This document shows positions 19,382 to 27,649 of a stretch of 64,000 nt of DNA, one piece after another (positions within the stretch are counted from its first letter, which is position 1; each line of letters begins with the position of its first letter). The notes beneath the pieces are model-generated. The model was not told the DNA's origin and made no database searches. It saw only the letters and a list, made by a program, of their open reading frames with translations. The DNA is taken from positions 890-64,889 of the forward strand of contig PDTB01000031.1 in the NCBI GenBank assembly GCA_002748665.1. Reading direction: 5' to 3'. The stretch is from Dethiosulfovibrio peptidovorans (GTDB lineage Bacteria > Synergistota > Synergistia > Synergistales > Dethiosulfovibrionaceae). The translations under genes and the position numbers were made by a program.

Positions 19382-20200
19382 ATGTTCGTGAAATACAGAG
19401 GAATTGCCATGACCGTCGCCGGCAGCGACTCGGGCGGAGGTGCTGGCATTCAGGCCGATCTCAAGACTTTTGCGGCCCTTCGGGTCTTCGGGACATCCGC
19501 CGTGGCGGCGGTTACCGCTCAGAACAGCCTGGGAGTTCAGGCTATTCACAATATCCCACCGGGGATGGTTTTGGAGCAGATGCGTTCGGTACTCTCCGAT
19601 TTTTCCGTCGGGGCCGTCAAGACCGGTATGCTCAGCGGAGCCCAAATCGTGACGTCCGTGTGCGAGGGAATTCGGGAACTCTCAGTCCATTCCTTGGTTG
19701 TCGATCCTGTCATGGTGGCTCAAAGCGGGGATCCTCTCATCGCCGATCAGGCTGTTATGGCCATCAAAGAGGAGCTTCTCCCACTGGCGTCTTTGGTAAC
19801 CCCCAACGTTCCAGAAGCGGAACGTCTCAGTGGGCTGTCCGTCACCGACGTTGATTCCATGACCGCTGCAGCATCGACTATCGCCGGGATGGGGCCCCAA
19901 GCCGTTCTCGTCAAGGGAGGGCATCTGGAAGGCAATGTTGTGACCGATGTCCTGTGGATTTCTGGCAAGGCTGTTCGGTTTGATTCGCCCAAAATCGACA
20001 CGGGCAATACCCATGGGACGGGGTGTACCCTGAGTGCAGCCATTGCCGCTGAATTGGCGGCTGGGTGCGAACTTCAGGAGGCTGTGAAGCGGGGGCACTC
20101 CTATCTTCAATTGGCTCTGAAGCACGGATTTAGGCCGGGAGGCGGGCATGGTCCGGTCGGCCATCTCGTCTCTCCTGAATGGATCCAGAGAGGAGACTAG
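19382..20200 (+). CDS. thiD: Hydroxymethylpyrimidine/phosphomethylpyrimidine kinase
   Basis: IAGSDSGGGAGIQADLKT signature (here TVAGSDSGGGAGIQADLKT). AGGAGG RBS before the ATG at 19382. Confidence 0.9.
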   Translation: MFVKYRGIAMTVAGSDSGGGAGIQADLKTFAALRVFGTSAVAAVTAQNSLGVQAIHNIPPGMVLEQMRSVLSDFSVGAVKTGMLSGAQIVTSVCEGIRELSVHSLVVDPVMVAQSGDPLIADQAVMAIKEELLPLASLVTPNVPEAERLSGLSVTDVDSMTAAASTIAGMGPQAVLVKGGHLEGNVVTDVLWISGKAVRFDSPKIDTGNTHGTGCTLSAAIAAELAAGCELQEAVKRGHSYLQLALKHGFRPGGGHGPVGHLVSPEWIQRGD

Positions 20201-20203
20201 ATC

Positions 20204-21016
20204 GTGAACGTCCCGGAAAAATTGAGCGAATGCTGGCACAATGTGGGAGAGCGCCGTCCTCTGGTCTATCATGTGACAAACAGTGTGGCGGCGCAGTTTC
20301 AGGCTGATCTGACTTTGGCTGTGGGAGGTTCTCCTATCATGTCTCCTGCTGCTGACGAGGCTGCCGAGTTGGCCAAAGTTGCAGATGCTGTTTTGGTGAA
20401 CATAGGTACCCCTACAGATTCGTCCATAGATACGATCCATGCTGCCATGCGCTCGGCAACGCAGTTCGGAACGCCGATTCTCTTGGATCCCGTGGGGTAC
20501 GGTGCTACGGCCAAACGGGTGGCTTTGGTGGACGAACTCCTTCGTCTCTATCCCGTTGCGGTGATCAAAGGCAACGCTGCTGAGATAGCCTTTATGGCCG
20601 ACCGAACTGAGCCCCCCCGTGGGGTTGATGCTTCCGAAAGTGTCGGTCGATCAAACGATGCAGCCTTCTGGCTGGCCCGGAAGTATGAGACGGTCGTGGC
20701 AGTTACCGGAGAGGCGGACTACGTGAGCGACGGCAAACGGGTCTTTGAGATCCGTGGGGGAAACGCGATGATCGGACGTATCACCGCCGGAGGCTGCGGT
20801 GTCGGGTCGTTAATCGCCGCAATTCTTGGAGCGAGTGGCGACTCTTTGGCCTCCGTCCTGGCTGGCTTGATAGCCATGGGACAGGCATCGGAGATGGCGG
20901 TGGGAGCCGGACCAGGAACCTTCAGAGCCTCCTTGTTGGATCAGCTGTACGGCTTAGCTCAAACCGGTCTGGGGTCGATTGAAGAGCGTCTCTCCCTTCA
21001 GGACAGAATTGTCTGA
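20204..21016 (+). CDS. thiM: Hydroxyethylthiazole kinase
   Basis: PLVYHVTNSVAAQFQADLTLAVGGSPIM is typical ThiM. GTG start 4 nt after the thiD stop. Confidence 0.9.
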   Translation: MNVPEKLSECWHNVGERRPLVYHVTNSVAAQFQADLTLAVGGSPIMSPAADEAAELAKVADAVLVNIGTPTDSSIDTIHAAMRSATQFGTPILLDPVGYGATAKRVALVDELLRLYPVAVIKGNAAEIAFMADRTEPPRGVDASESVGRSNDAAFWLARKYETVVAVTGEADYVSDGKRVFEIRGGNAMIGRITAGGCGVGSLIAAILGASGDSLASVLAGLIAMGQASEMAVGAGPGTFRASLLDQLYGLAQTGLGSIEERLSLQDRIV

Positions 21017-21019
21017 ACC

Positions 21020-21661
21020 ATGGATGCGTCGTTTCTTCGACTGTATGTCATTCCGGATCAGCGTTTGGGGGCACCACGATCCATCATGGAGCAAGCTTCG
21101 GAAGCGCTTCATGGAGGTGCCACGGCCATACAGCTTCGAGATAAGGAGCTGTCCGGCAGGGAACTGGTCGAGGTAGCTACGGCCCTTCAAAAACTCTGTC
21201 AGGATCACGAGGCGTTGTTGTTTATCAACGACCGGCTGGACGTAGCTCTTGCAGTTGGAGCGGATGGCTGCCATCTCGGTCAATCCGATCTGCCCCTTGA
21301 GGCTGCCCGACGGATTGCTCCCAGTCCTTTTCTGATCGGTCGTTCCGCCAGAACGGTTGATCAGGCCAGAGAGGCTCAAAAGTGCGGTGCTGACTATCTG
21401 GGAGTGGGGGCTGTCTTCCCCACGGGGACGAAGGACGATACCTTGGTGATAGGGTTGGATGGGCTACAGAGAGTTTTAGAGGTTGCCACTGTTCCGGTGG
21501 TGGCCATCGGTGGCATTGGGATATCTGGTGTGCCTGAGATCATGAACGTCGGAGTATCCGGAGTGGCGGTGGTCTCAGCTGTGGTGGCTCAAGATGACGT
21601 CCGGGCTTCTGCCCGGGCACTCCGTGCTCTTGTAGAGGAGGGGTTCCATGAGCGTCGATAG
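21020..21661 (+). CDS. thiE: Thiamine-phosphate synthase
   Basis: LYVIPD...IQLRDKE...[23 protein letters not shown]...[10 protein letters not shown] signature. Confidence 0.9.
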   Translation: MDASFLRLYVIPDQRLGAPRSIMEQASEALHGGATAIQLRDKELSGRELVEVATALQKLCQDHEALLFINDRLDVALAVGADGCHLGQSDLPLEAARRIAPSPFLIGRSARTVDQAREAQKCGADYLGVGAVFPTGTKDDTLVIGLDGLQRVLEVATVPVVAIGGIGISGVPEIMNVGVSGVAVVSAVVAQDDVRASARALRALVEEGFHERR

Positions 21662-22169
21662 CCGAATTATTTTGACCCGGGGGGATATAACGGCTATGGC
21701 CGTTGACGCTATCGTCAACGCGGCCAACACTACTCTGTTAGGCGGTGGCGGTGTCGATGGTGCTATCCATCGAGCTGCCGGTCCCCAACTTCTGGTTTCC
21801 TGTCGAGCCCTGGGCGGATGTGTCACCGGCGATGCCAAGATCACTCAGGGGTTCGATCTCCCCGCTCGCTACGTTATTCACACGCCGGGCCCCGTATGGC
21901 ACGGAGGACACTCAGGGGAGCCTGAGCTTCTTGCCTCGTGCTACAGGCGAAGTCTCATCCTGGCTCGAGATCACGGGTGCCGCACGGTGGCTTTTCCGGC
22001 CATCAGCTGCGGTGTCTACGGTTATCCCGTCCATAAAGCTTGTTCTATAGCGCTGGAGACCATCGGAGACTTTCTCAGAGACGACAATTCTCTGGAAACC
22101 GTGTACCTGGTGGCTTTTGGAGAGAGCGTAGCCGACGAGTACCGAAAGCTCGGGGTTTCGGAAGGTTGA
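21648..22169 (+). CDS. Macro-domain protein (O-acetyl-ADP-ribose deacetylase/YmdB-like)
   Basis: [34 protein letters not shown] is the canonical macro-domain motif. Overlaps the thiE stop by 14 nt. Confidence 0.85.
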   Translation: MSVDSRIILTRGDITAMAVDAIVNAANTTLLGGGGVDGAIHRAAGPQLLVSCRALGGCVTGDAKITQGFDLPARYVIHTPGPVWHGGHSGEPELLASCYRRSLILARDHGCRTVAFPAISCGVYGYPVHKACSIALETIGDFLRDDNSLETVYLVAFGESVADEYRKLGVSEG

Positions 22170-22192
22170 CGCTTTTTGTTAAAAATATTTTG

Positions 22193-22249
22193 GTCGCTGA
22201 TAATTTTGAGTCGCTGGCCTGTATCGAAGAATGGCGGATAAGGTCGCTG
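22193..22249 (+). promoter_or_regulatory. Three copies of GTCGCTG (22193, 22210, 22244; spacings 17 and 34 nt) upstream of the tRNA promoter
   Basis: Read directly. They lie about 25-80 nt upstream of the -35 box. Confidence 0.35.
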
Positions 22250-22271
22250 GATCGAGTTGTCTCAATGGGCG

Positions 22272-22300
22272 TTGACAAGGCCTGCTTCCCACTATATACT
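22272..22300 (+). promoter_or_regulatory. Sigma70-type promoter of the tRNA operon (TTGACA-17 nt-TATACT)
   Basis: Consensus -35 and near-consensus -10 with exact 17-nt spacing, about 30 nt before tRNA-Val. Confidence 0.6.
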
Positions 22301-22329
22301 ACCTTTTGCGTTGGTGCGCTGGAGCCGCC

Positions 22330-22404
22330 GGGCGGTTAGCTCAGCGGGAGAGCATCTGCCTTACACGCAGAGGGTCACAGGTTCGAACCCTGTACCGCCC
22401 ACCA
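22330..22404 (+). tRNA. tRNA-Val (anticodon TAC), CCA encoded
   Basis: Cloverleaf folded by hand: acceptor GGGCGGT/ACCGCCC, anticodon loop CTTACAC, T-loop TTCGAAC. Confidence 0.9.
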
Positions 22405-22420
22405 AGCATCGTCGCAGAGC

Positions 22421-22497
22421 GGGGTCGTAGCTCAGCTGGTTAGAGTGCCGGCCTGTCACGCCGGAGGTCGCGAGTTCAAGTCTCGTCGGCCCCGCCA
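22421..22497 (+). tRNA. tRNA-Asp (anticodon GTC), CCA encoded
   Basis: Acceptor GGGGTCG/CGGCCCC, anticodon loop CTGTCAC, T-loop TTCAAGT, discriminator G. Confidence 0.9.
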
Positions 22498-22501
22498 TGT
22501 T

Positions 22502-22577
<76 letters not shown>

Positions 22578-22585
22578 CTTTTATT

Positions 22586-22660
22586 GCGGAAGTAGCTCAG
22601 GGGTAGAGCACAACCTTGCCAAGGTTGGGGTCGCGGGTTCAAATCCCGTCTTCCGCTCCA
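22586..22660 (+). tRNA. tRNA-Gly (anticodon GCC), CCA encoded
   Basis: Acceptor GCGGAAG/CTTCCGC, anticodon loop TTGCCAA, T-loop TTCAAAT. Confidence 0.9.
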
Positions 22661-22691
22661 TTCGCAGGTTCGAGTCCTGCCCGGGGAGCCA
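22661..22691 (+). pseudogene. Orphan tRNA 3' half: T-arm + 3' acceptor strand + G73 + CCA, Asn-like, with no 5' half
   Basis: ttc-GCAGG-TTCGAGT-CCTGC-CCGGGGA-G-CCA starts at the nucleotide after the CCA of tRNA-Gly. No complementary TCCCCGG 5' strand is present upstream. Confidence 0.65.
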
Positions 22692-22733
22692 GACAAATTC
22701 TGTGCGAACCGAAGCACAGTGTGCCTTACAGAA

Positions 22734-22775
22734 AGCCTTGAAGGTGAAGCTGTCTTCCCTTCAAGGCTCTTTTTT
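22734..22775 (+). terminator. Rho-independent terminator of the tRNA operon
   Basis: AGCCTTGAAGG-13 nt-CCTTCAAGGCT followed by CTTTTTT. Confidence 0.75.
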
Positions 22776-22830
22776 ATAAGAACCAGGGAATGTGTCCCTT
22801 TGCGAGAGTCGTCTTATGCGAGCCGCTCCG

Positions 22831-23178
22831 TTAGTTCTCGAAACTCCTCTCGGCTTTCAGAGAATCGGGCTTTCCGCCAGGCATAAGCACAGTCTGATTG
22901 TCTTTGACGATCACCGTATCATCACCGAGGGGGATGTGGGTCTCGTTCTCCAGGAGGCAGTCCAATGTATCTTCCTGAACCGAATGGTTTCCCGGGACCT
23001 CTCCTCTGTCCAGAGCTAGAACAGTGATGTTCATCCCGGATCTCCGCACCATCGTCAGACTGGTCTCCTTGCCAGGGCTGTACCCCACAAAATTGGGTAA
23101 ACTGATAGAAGCTTCCCTTTTTCCACGTTTTTGATAAGTCGATCCGTAATGTCGTATTTCCTTAGCTGAAGGCTTCAA
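22831..23178 (-). CDS. Possible small cupin-like protein (a more likely start is the internal MNITVLAL at 23034), with degenerate metal ligands
   Basis: Pattern GEVPGNHSVQEDTLDCLLENE...GDDTVIVKDNQTVLMPGGKP resembles the two cupin motifs, but the usual His residues are replaced. Upstream sequence shows a second broken cupin-like reading (GDVLMVPAEVLHEIEAFS*). Confidence 0.3.
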   Translation of the reverse strand: MKPSAKEIRHYGSTYQKRGKREASISLPNFVGYSPGKETSLTMVRRSGMNITVLALDRGEVPGNHSVQEDTLDCLLENETHIPLGDDTVIVKDNQTVLMPGGKPDSLKAERSFEN

Positions 23179-23443
23179 TCTCGTGAAGCACCTCGGCTGG
23201 AACCATCAACACATCCCCCTCCAGTCGGAGAATCGTCTACCTCATTTGGTTGAACGCGTTCCTCTCCCCGAAAAAGCCGGTGCATGCACCATCTCTCTGC
23301 TGAGGAAGGAGAGATAGTCATTCACAATCCTTCTGTCTCAGAATGAGCTGCCCTCATAACCTGCCCCGTATGTCTCTCCATAAGATTCATCAAGTTTCTA
23401 GGCCCATCGATTGGGTGAGATCTTAATTTTTAAATATAATTTT

Positions 23444-24130
23444 TCATTTTGTAATGACTTCGATTATCTCCCGTCGGATGCTAGAGAGATCCTCCCGGGT
23501 GGGATCCCTTCCCTCACTCCCCGGGAGGAGAAACTCTCGGATTACTCTGGTCGGTCGCTTGGACATCACTAGAATACGGCTGGCTACTGATAGGGCTTCA
23601 TCAATCTCATGAGTGACAAACACAACTCCTTGAGGTCGAGAGCGCCAAACCTGGAGGAGCATCGACAACATCTCCCGCCGCAAGGGATAGTCAAGCCCCT
23701 GAAATGGTTCGTCCATAAGGAGGAGCTGCCCGTGGCGAAAAAAAGCCCTGGCAATGCCGCATCGCTTGAGCATTCCTCCGGAAAGCTGGGACGGGTAGTA
23801 GCCCTCGAATCCTCGAAGACCTACAGCTGCCAGGAGTTCGTCGATCTCTCCAGGGGCCTCTTCTTCATTCACCAATCTCACATTATCGTATACTGTCCTC
23901 CAGGGAAGCAACCGGTTATCCTGAAAAACAAAGGCCAGCCTGCCTTCATTACGATTGATTTGTCCAGACTCCATTGGCACGAGGCCTGAGATAGCCCGAA
24001 GGATGGTGGACTTCCCACATCCCGAGGGACCAATGAGAACCACGATTTCTCTCTCGTTCACGTGAAAAGATACCCGGTCCAGCACCGACAGATTGCCTAG
24101 GGAGACTGAGACATCACAAATGCGGAGCAT
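23444..24130 (-). CDS. ABC transporter ATP-binding protein (NitT/TauT: nitrate/sulfonate/bicarbonate type)
   Basis: Walker A GPSGCGKST, signature LSGGMLKR, Walker B LLLMDEP. Start set at MLRICDV, overlapping the permease stop. Confidence 0.85.
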   Translation of the reverse strand: MLRICDVSVSLGNLSVLDRVSFHVNEREIVVLIGPSGCGKSTILRAISGLVPMESGQINRNEGRLAFVFQDNRLLPWRTVYDNVRLVNEEEAPGEIDELLAAVGLRGFEGYYPSQLSGGMLKRCGIARAFFRHGQLLLMDEPFQGLDYPLRREMLSMLLQVWRSRPQGVVFVTHEIDEALSVASRILVMSKRPTRVIREFLLPGSEGRDPTREDLSSIRREIIEVITK

Positions 24131-24872
24131 GAGGCCTCCGAGGAAGGATAAAATGGCTACTCCAATCGGATAGGTAATACAGTCCGACGACAACCACAGA
24201 CCAGGCTACGATGGCCTCAGGCTCCACGTTTAATCGGGCGTTCTTGATCATCCCACCGATGCCGTCGTTGGTGGTCAGTACTTCTCCCATTACAGCAATC
24301 TTCCAGCCGGTTCCTAAAGCGATTCGAAACCCCGAGGAGAAGTACGGAGCTACCGATGGTAAGACCACGTGGCGAAGGATCTTCCTCCTGGAAAAAGCGT
24401 AGAGTTGGGCCATCTCCAAAAGACCGTGGTCTATCTGATCGATGCCCTGACGAACATTGATGGATATTACCGGAACCGTAGCGGTCAGCACAATAAAGAT
24501 GGCTGGTTTACCGTTGAACCCGAACCATACTAGAGCTAAAACCACCCATGCCACTGGCGGAACCGTCTGAAACAGCCCTACGATGGGAGACAGTATTCCA
24601 CCGAGGTGCCGGGAGAATCCCATTGCGATTCCCAGGATTACGCCGATAATCAATCCTATGACAAGACCGATACCGAGCCGAATGGCTGTCACGACGATCA
24701 TGCCATACAAATCGGGGGTCGTGGCAATTCGACACAGTTCGCTCCAGACACTTCCCATGGTTGGAACCACAAGGGGGGAGAAAAAAAGGTTCAAAAGGAA
24801 CCAACTCCCAAAAACAATCGTAGCTGTAGCGGCACCGTCGATCAGGCGCTCCGCCCCGCTCCTACCGAGCAT
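24114..24872 (-). CDS. ABC transporter permease (NitT/TauT family)
   Basis: Six predicted TM segments and an EAA-like loop (LEMAQLYAFSRRKILRHVVLP). Confidence 0.85.
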   Translation of the reverse strand: MLGRSGAERLIDGAATATIVFGSWFLLNLFFSPLVVPTMGSVWSELCRIATTPDLYGMIVVTAIRLGIGLVIGLIIGVILGIAMGFSRHLGGILSPIVGLFQTVPPVAWVVLALVWFGFNGKPAIFIVLTATVPVISINVRQGIDQIDHGLLEMAQLYAFSRRKILRHVVLPSVAPYFSSGFRIALGTGWKIAVMGEVLTTNDGIGGMIKNARLNVEPEAIVAWSVVVVGLYYLSDWSSHFILPRRPHAPHL

Positions 24873-25830
24873 GGTAGAACATTCCTTTGTCAGGAATCGT
24901 ACCTCCGATCATTTTGGGATTGAACTCCATGAGCAGTTTATAAAATGCGTTAACCTCGTCCCGAGCCTCCAGAGCAGTTTTAAATTGGAGCCCCATGGTA
25001 GGAATCGCTCGGGAAACGAGCTCAGCATTCAGCCCCAGATATTTTTCTGCCAGTGCTCCTATCTCCTGGGGATGAGAACGAGTCCACTCTACTCCTTCCC
25101 TGTAAGCCTCTTGAAAGGGCTCGATCAGTTCGGGATGATCAGTCAGGAAAACTCCTGTGGCGCCGATACCGGCAGTAGGGGTCCGGTCATTTCCTCCGTT
25201 CACTTTCTGCCATTCTTTCTCGAAATCGAAAGCCACCCGAAGCTTGGGGTTGTTCATCAACGCCTTGGTTGCCATAGGCTCTAGGAGCACAGCGTATCGA
25301 GCTTTTCCCGAAGCTGCCATGGCGCCCACCTCAGGAATAGAAGCATAAATTAAAATCACATCTTTTCCAGGCTTCATGCTCGCAGCGTCGAGAAAATACT
25401 GGGTAAGAGCGTCTGGAGGAGAGGACTGTAGGTTTACGTAGATCGTTTGCCCCTTAAGGTCTGTCCAGTTTTTGAGGTCAGGATCGGAGGTGAGAAGGTA
25501 GGAGACCCCCCAGGTGTTGACGTTCAACAATTGGATATCCAGTCCCTTGTTGTACAACTTGGATATAACGGTCATGGGGAAAGCAAATAAATGGTGATGG
25601 CGGTCTTGCACCATAGCGATGAGCATTTCGGCACTGTCCCAGAGCTCCAGCTCTATCTTGGCGTGACCATCCAGGGAATCGTTCTCGATCATGTACAAAA
25701 AAGGAAGAGCCGGGGGAGCTTTAGGTACTCCCACTTTCAGAGTAACAGAGTTGGCCGATGACACATCGGTACAAGCCAAAGCCACGGTCAGAAGCGCAAT
25801 AAACAACAAAACGGAGAGAGACTTTCTCAT
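24862..25830 (-). CDS. ABC transporter substrate-binding protein, NMT1/THI5-SsuA-like
   Basis: Signal peptide plus the binding-protein layout typical of NitT/TauT systems. First gene of a 3-gene operon. Confidence 0.75.
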   Translation of the reverse strand: MRKSLSVLLFIALLTVALACTDVSSANSVTLKVGVPKAPPALPFLYMIENDSLDGHAKIELELWDSAEMLIAMVQDRHHHLFAFPMTVISKLYNKGLDIQLLNVNTWGVSYLLTSDPDLKNWTDLKGQTIYVNLQSSPPDALTQYFLDAASMKPGKDVILIYASIPEVGAMAASGKARYAVLLEPMATKALMNNPKLRVAFDFEKEWQKVNGGNDRTPTAGIGATGVFLTDHPELIEPFQEAYREGVEWTRSHPQEIGALAEKYLGLNAELVSRAIPTMGLQFKTALEARDEVNAFYKLLMEFNPKMIGGTIPDKGMFYHAR

Positions 25831-26458
25831 ATGAAGATCCTCCTTTGCCTCTTTTGACGCAACATGCGGGAGAGGTTGAGTTTGATTTACTTAACAATTA
25901 TTGTACCTCCAGGGATAAAGAAAAAAATTGCGCTACGTCAAAAAAGTTTCAGAGCAACAAAAAATTCTCCAAAATATTTCAGGATAGCTTCATGAAGCTC
26001 CTATAGAGCAGTTCCCATACGTCTGATGTTTAACGTGATCCATAGCCGTGGAGAGGTCAAAACAGCCTGCAAAAACCGTGGTTGAAAAATCAAAGACATG
26101 TGAAACGTAAAAAATCTCTTAAGATCGTGACAGAGGGTTACCCAGAGTTAGGAATGTAGCATCTACCAGTGGGGGAGAACGAGTCTGATAAACATGGAGA
26201 ATCTTAGAGAACAGATGCAAGAGTAAAAAGAGGAGTTTAATCTGCCGTATGGGTTGTTACAGCGATTTTTAAAAGCCAGATATACTCCTCTGGGGGTCCG
26301 AGGGGTTAAATATTAAAGAGCAAAGCCTTTTGGAGAGTGTTTTTTTGTATAGAGTATTGAAAGGGTATAAATTCATTCGGATAACGAGAGCTCATGGACG
26401 TGATATTGATCATCTTTCGTAGTTTTTGAAATATTTATCACAATAAGGAGGTAAGTCT

Positions 26459-27317
26459 ATGCCTCGTGTTCGAGTTTGCTGTGTCCAGCTTTTTGCTCGT
26501 GACGTGAATGATAGGGAACGAAGTTTGAAAGAGGCCCTTGAGGCTGTCCAGAGAGCGTCTTCCTCTGGCGGTGAGATCGTTGTTTTGCCGGAAGCCGTCT
26601 ATCCTGGGTATGTGTTGGATCGGTGGGCCAGGGATTCTGCTTCTCCCGATGAGGCAAAACAAGTTCTCGCCCTTTTTCAGGAGAAGGCGAGGATCTGTGG
26701 TGTCTATATCGCTCTTGGGCTCCCTCTTTTTCGAGGGGGGGATTGGCTCAGCGGGGCCGTCCTGATGGATCGGTGCTTCTTGAGGAAGGTAAGCGATTTC
26801 TTTGGCATTTTGACGAGAGGTTGAGATCGTCAAAGAGCGTCTCTTTACACTTTCCCACAGAGTCCCAAACACCGTTTTTGTTTTGGGACATGAAGGTGGT
26901 GCTCAGGGAGGGCTTTCCGCTTTTAAGCTTTTGCGAAGCCACAGAGAGCTTCCTCTTGTTCCCGATGTGCAGAATATCGCTGGTATCGGTCGTCTGGGCG
27001 TCATAGTCGCTGAGGAGGGAGTGAAGCACGAGAGAACCAGAGGGCTTGCCGAACAGGGGGCTTCCATGATTTTTTGGCTCGGGGGGCATCCCAAGGCTGA
27101 TATCGTCACCCAAAGCCGGGTGGCTGAGAACAGGGTCTTTGTGGCGACAGCCCGACCGGTGAATGAAGGGGAGAGTCTGATCGTTTCACCCGATGGGTCT
27201 GTTTTGGCCCAAGCCTTCGCCTGTGGGGACCAACTCATCTCCTCGTTGTGCCTCTTGGGCATCTCTCGAGAAAAACGAGTGGTCCCCGGCACCCACGTTC
27301 TTCGACCTCCTCATTGA
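26459..27317 (+). pseudogene. Carbon-nitrogen hydrolase (nitrilase superfamily) pseudogene, read in three different frames
   Basis: The N-terminal part (VRVCCVQL...IVVLPEAVYPGY) is in frame 2. The Lys region (DGSVLLEEGKRFLWHFDE) is in frame 1. The C-terminal part (IGRLGVIVAEEGVKHE...SLIVSPDGSVLAQA) is in frame 3. The expected catalytic Cys position reads Ala. Confidence 0.7.
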
Positions 27318-27320
27318 TAT

Positions 27321-27515
27321 TCACATACTTGGCGTTGGTGTAAGGTTTTTAGGGGCGGGGCAGCCCAGCTTGATGGGTTGGGATCGCTTCTGCGACAGCT
27401 TGTCTGCCATTGTTTGGGCGAGCAGGATCGTGCGATGAACCTGCTTTTTATGGCGAATGTCGTATCCTGCGAAATGCCCGTTTCTCACGATCATCTGCAT
27501 CGTTTTTGTATCCAT
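27321..27515 (-). CDS. Small basic protein (64 aa), divergent from the HTH-S24 repressor; Cro/antirepressor-like by position only
   Basis: GGAGG sits 8 nt upstream of the ATG at 27515 (MDTKTMQMIVRNGHF...). No motif recognised. Confidence 0.45.
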   Translation of the reverse strand: MDTKTMQMIVRNGHFAGYDIRHKKQVHRTILLAQTMADKLSQKRSQPIKLGCPAPKNLTPTPSM

Positions 27516-27561
27516 CGAGAACACCTCCGATATATTATATATACAGATATTATGCCGAATA

Positions 27562-27635
27562 GTGTATCATTTCAATAGATTTTTTCGTGATACTTGCAAA
27601 AAATATCTTTTTAGTGGATACTAGGAGTGATATAT
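27562..27635. promoter_or_regulatory. Four copies of a GTG(N0-1)ATA(C/T) motif in the 125-nt divergent intergenic region (candidate operators)
   Basis: GTGTATCA (27562, inverted TGATAC core), GTGATACT (27587), GTGGATACT (27614), GTGATATAT (27627). Spacing between the first three is about 25-27 nt. Confidence 0.35.
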
Positions 27636-27649
27636 GGAGGTGATCGTCC

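Noticed and set aside
25831-26458. TPP riboswitch upstream (minus strand) of the NMT1/THI5-like ABC importer, which would have supported a thiXYZ-like role
   Set aside because: There is no TCTCAG (reverse complement of CTGAGA) and no pyrimidine-sensor-like helix in the 630-nt region, so no thiamine link is claimed.
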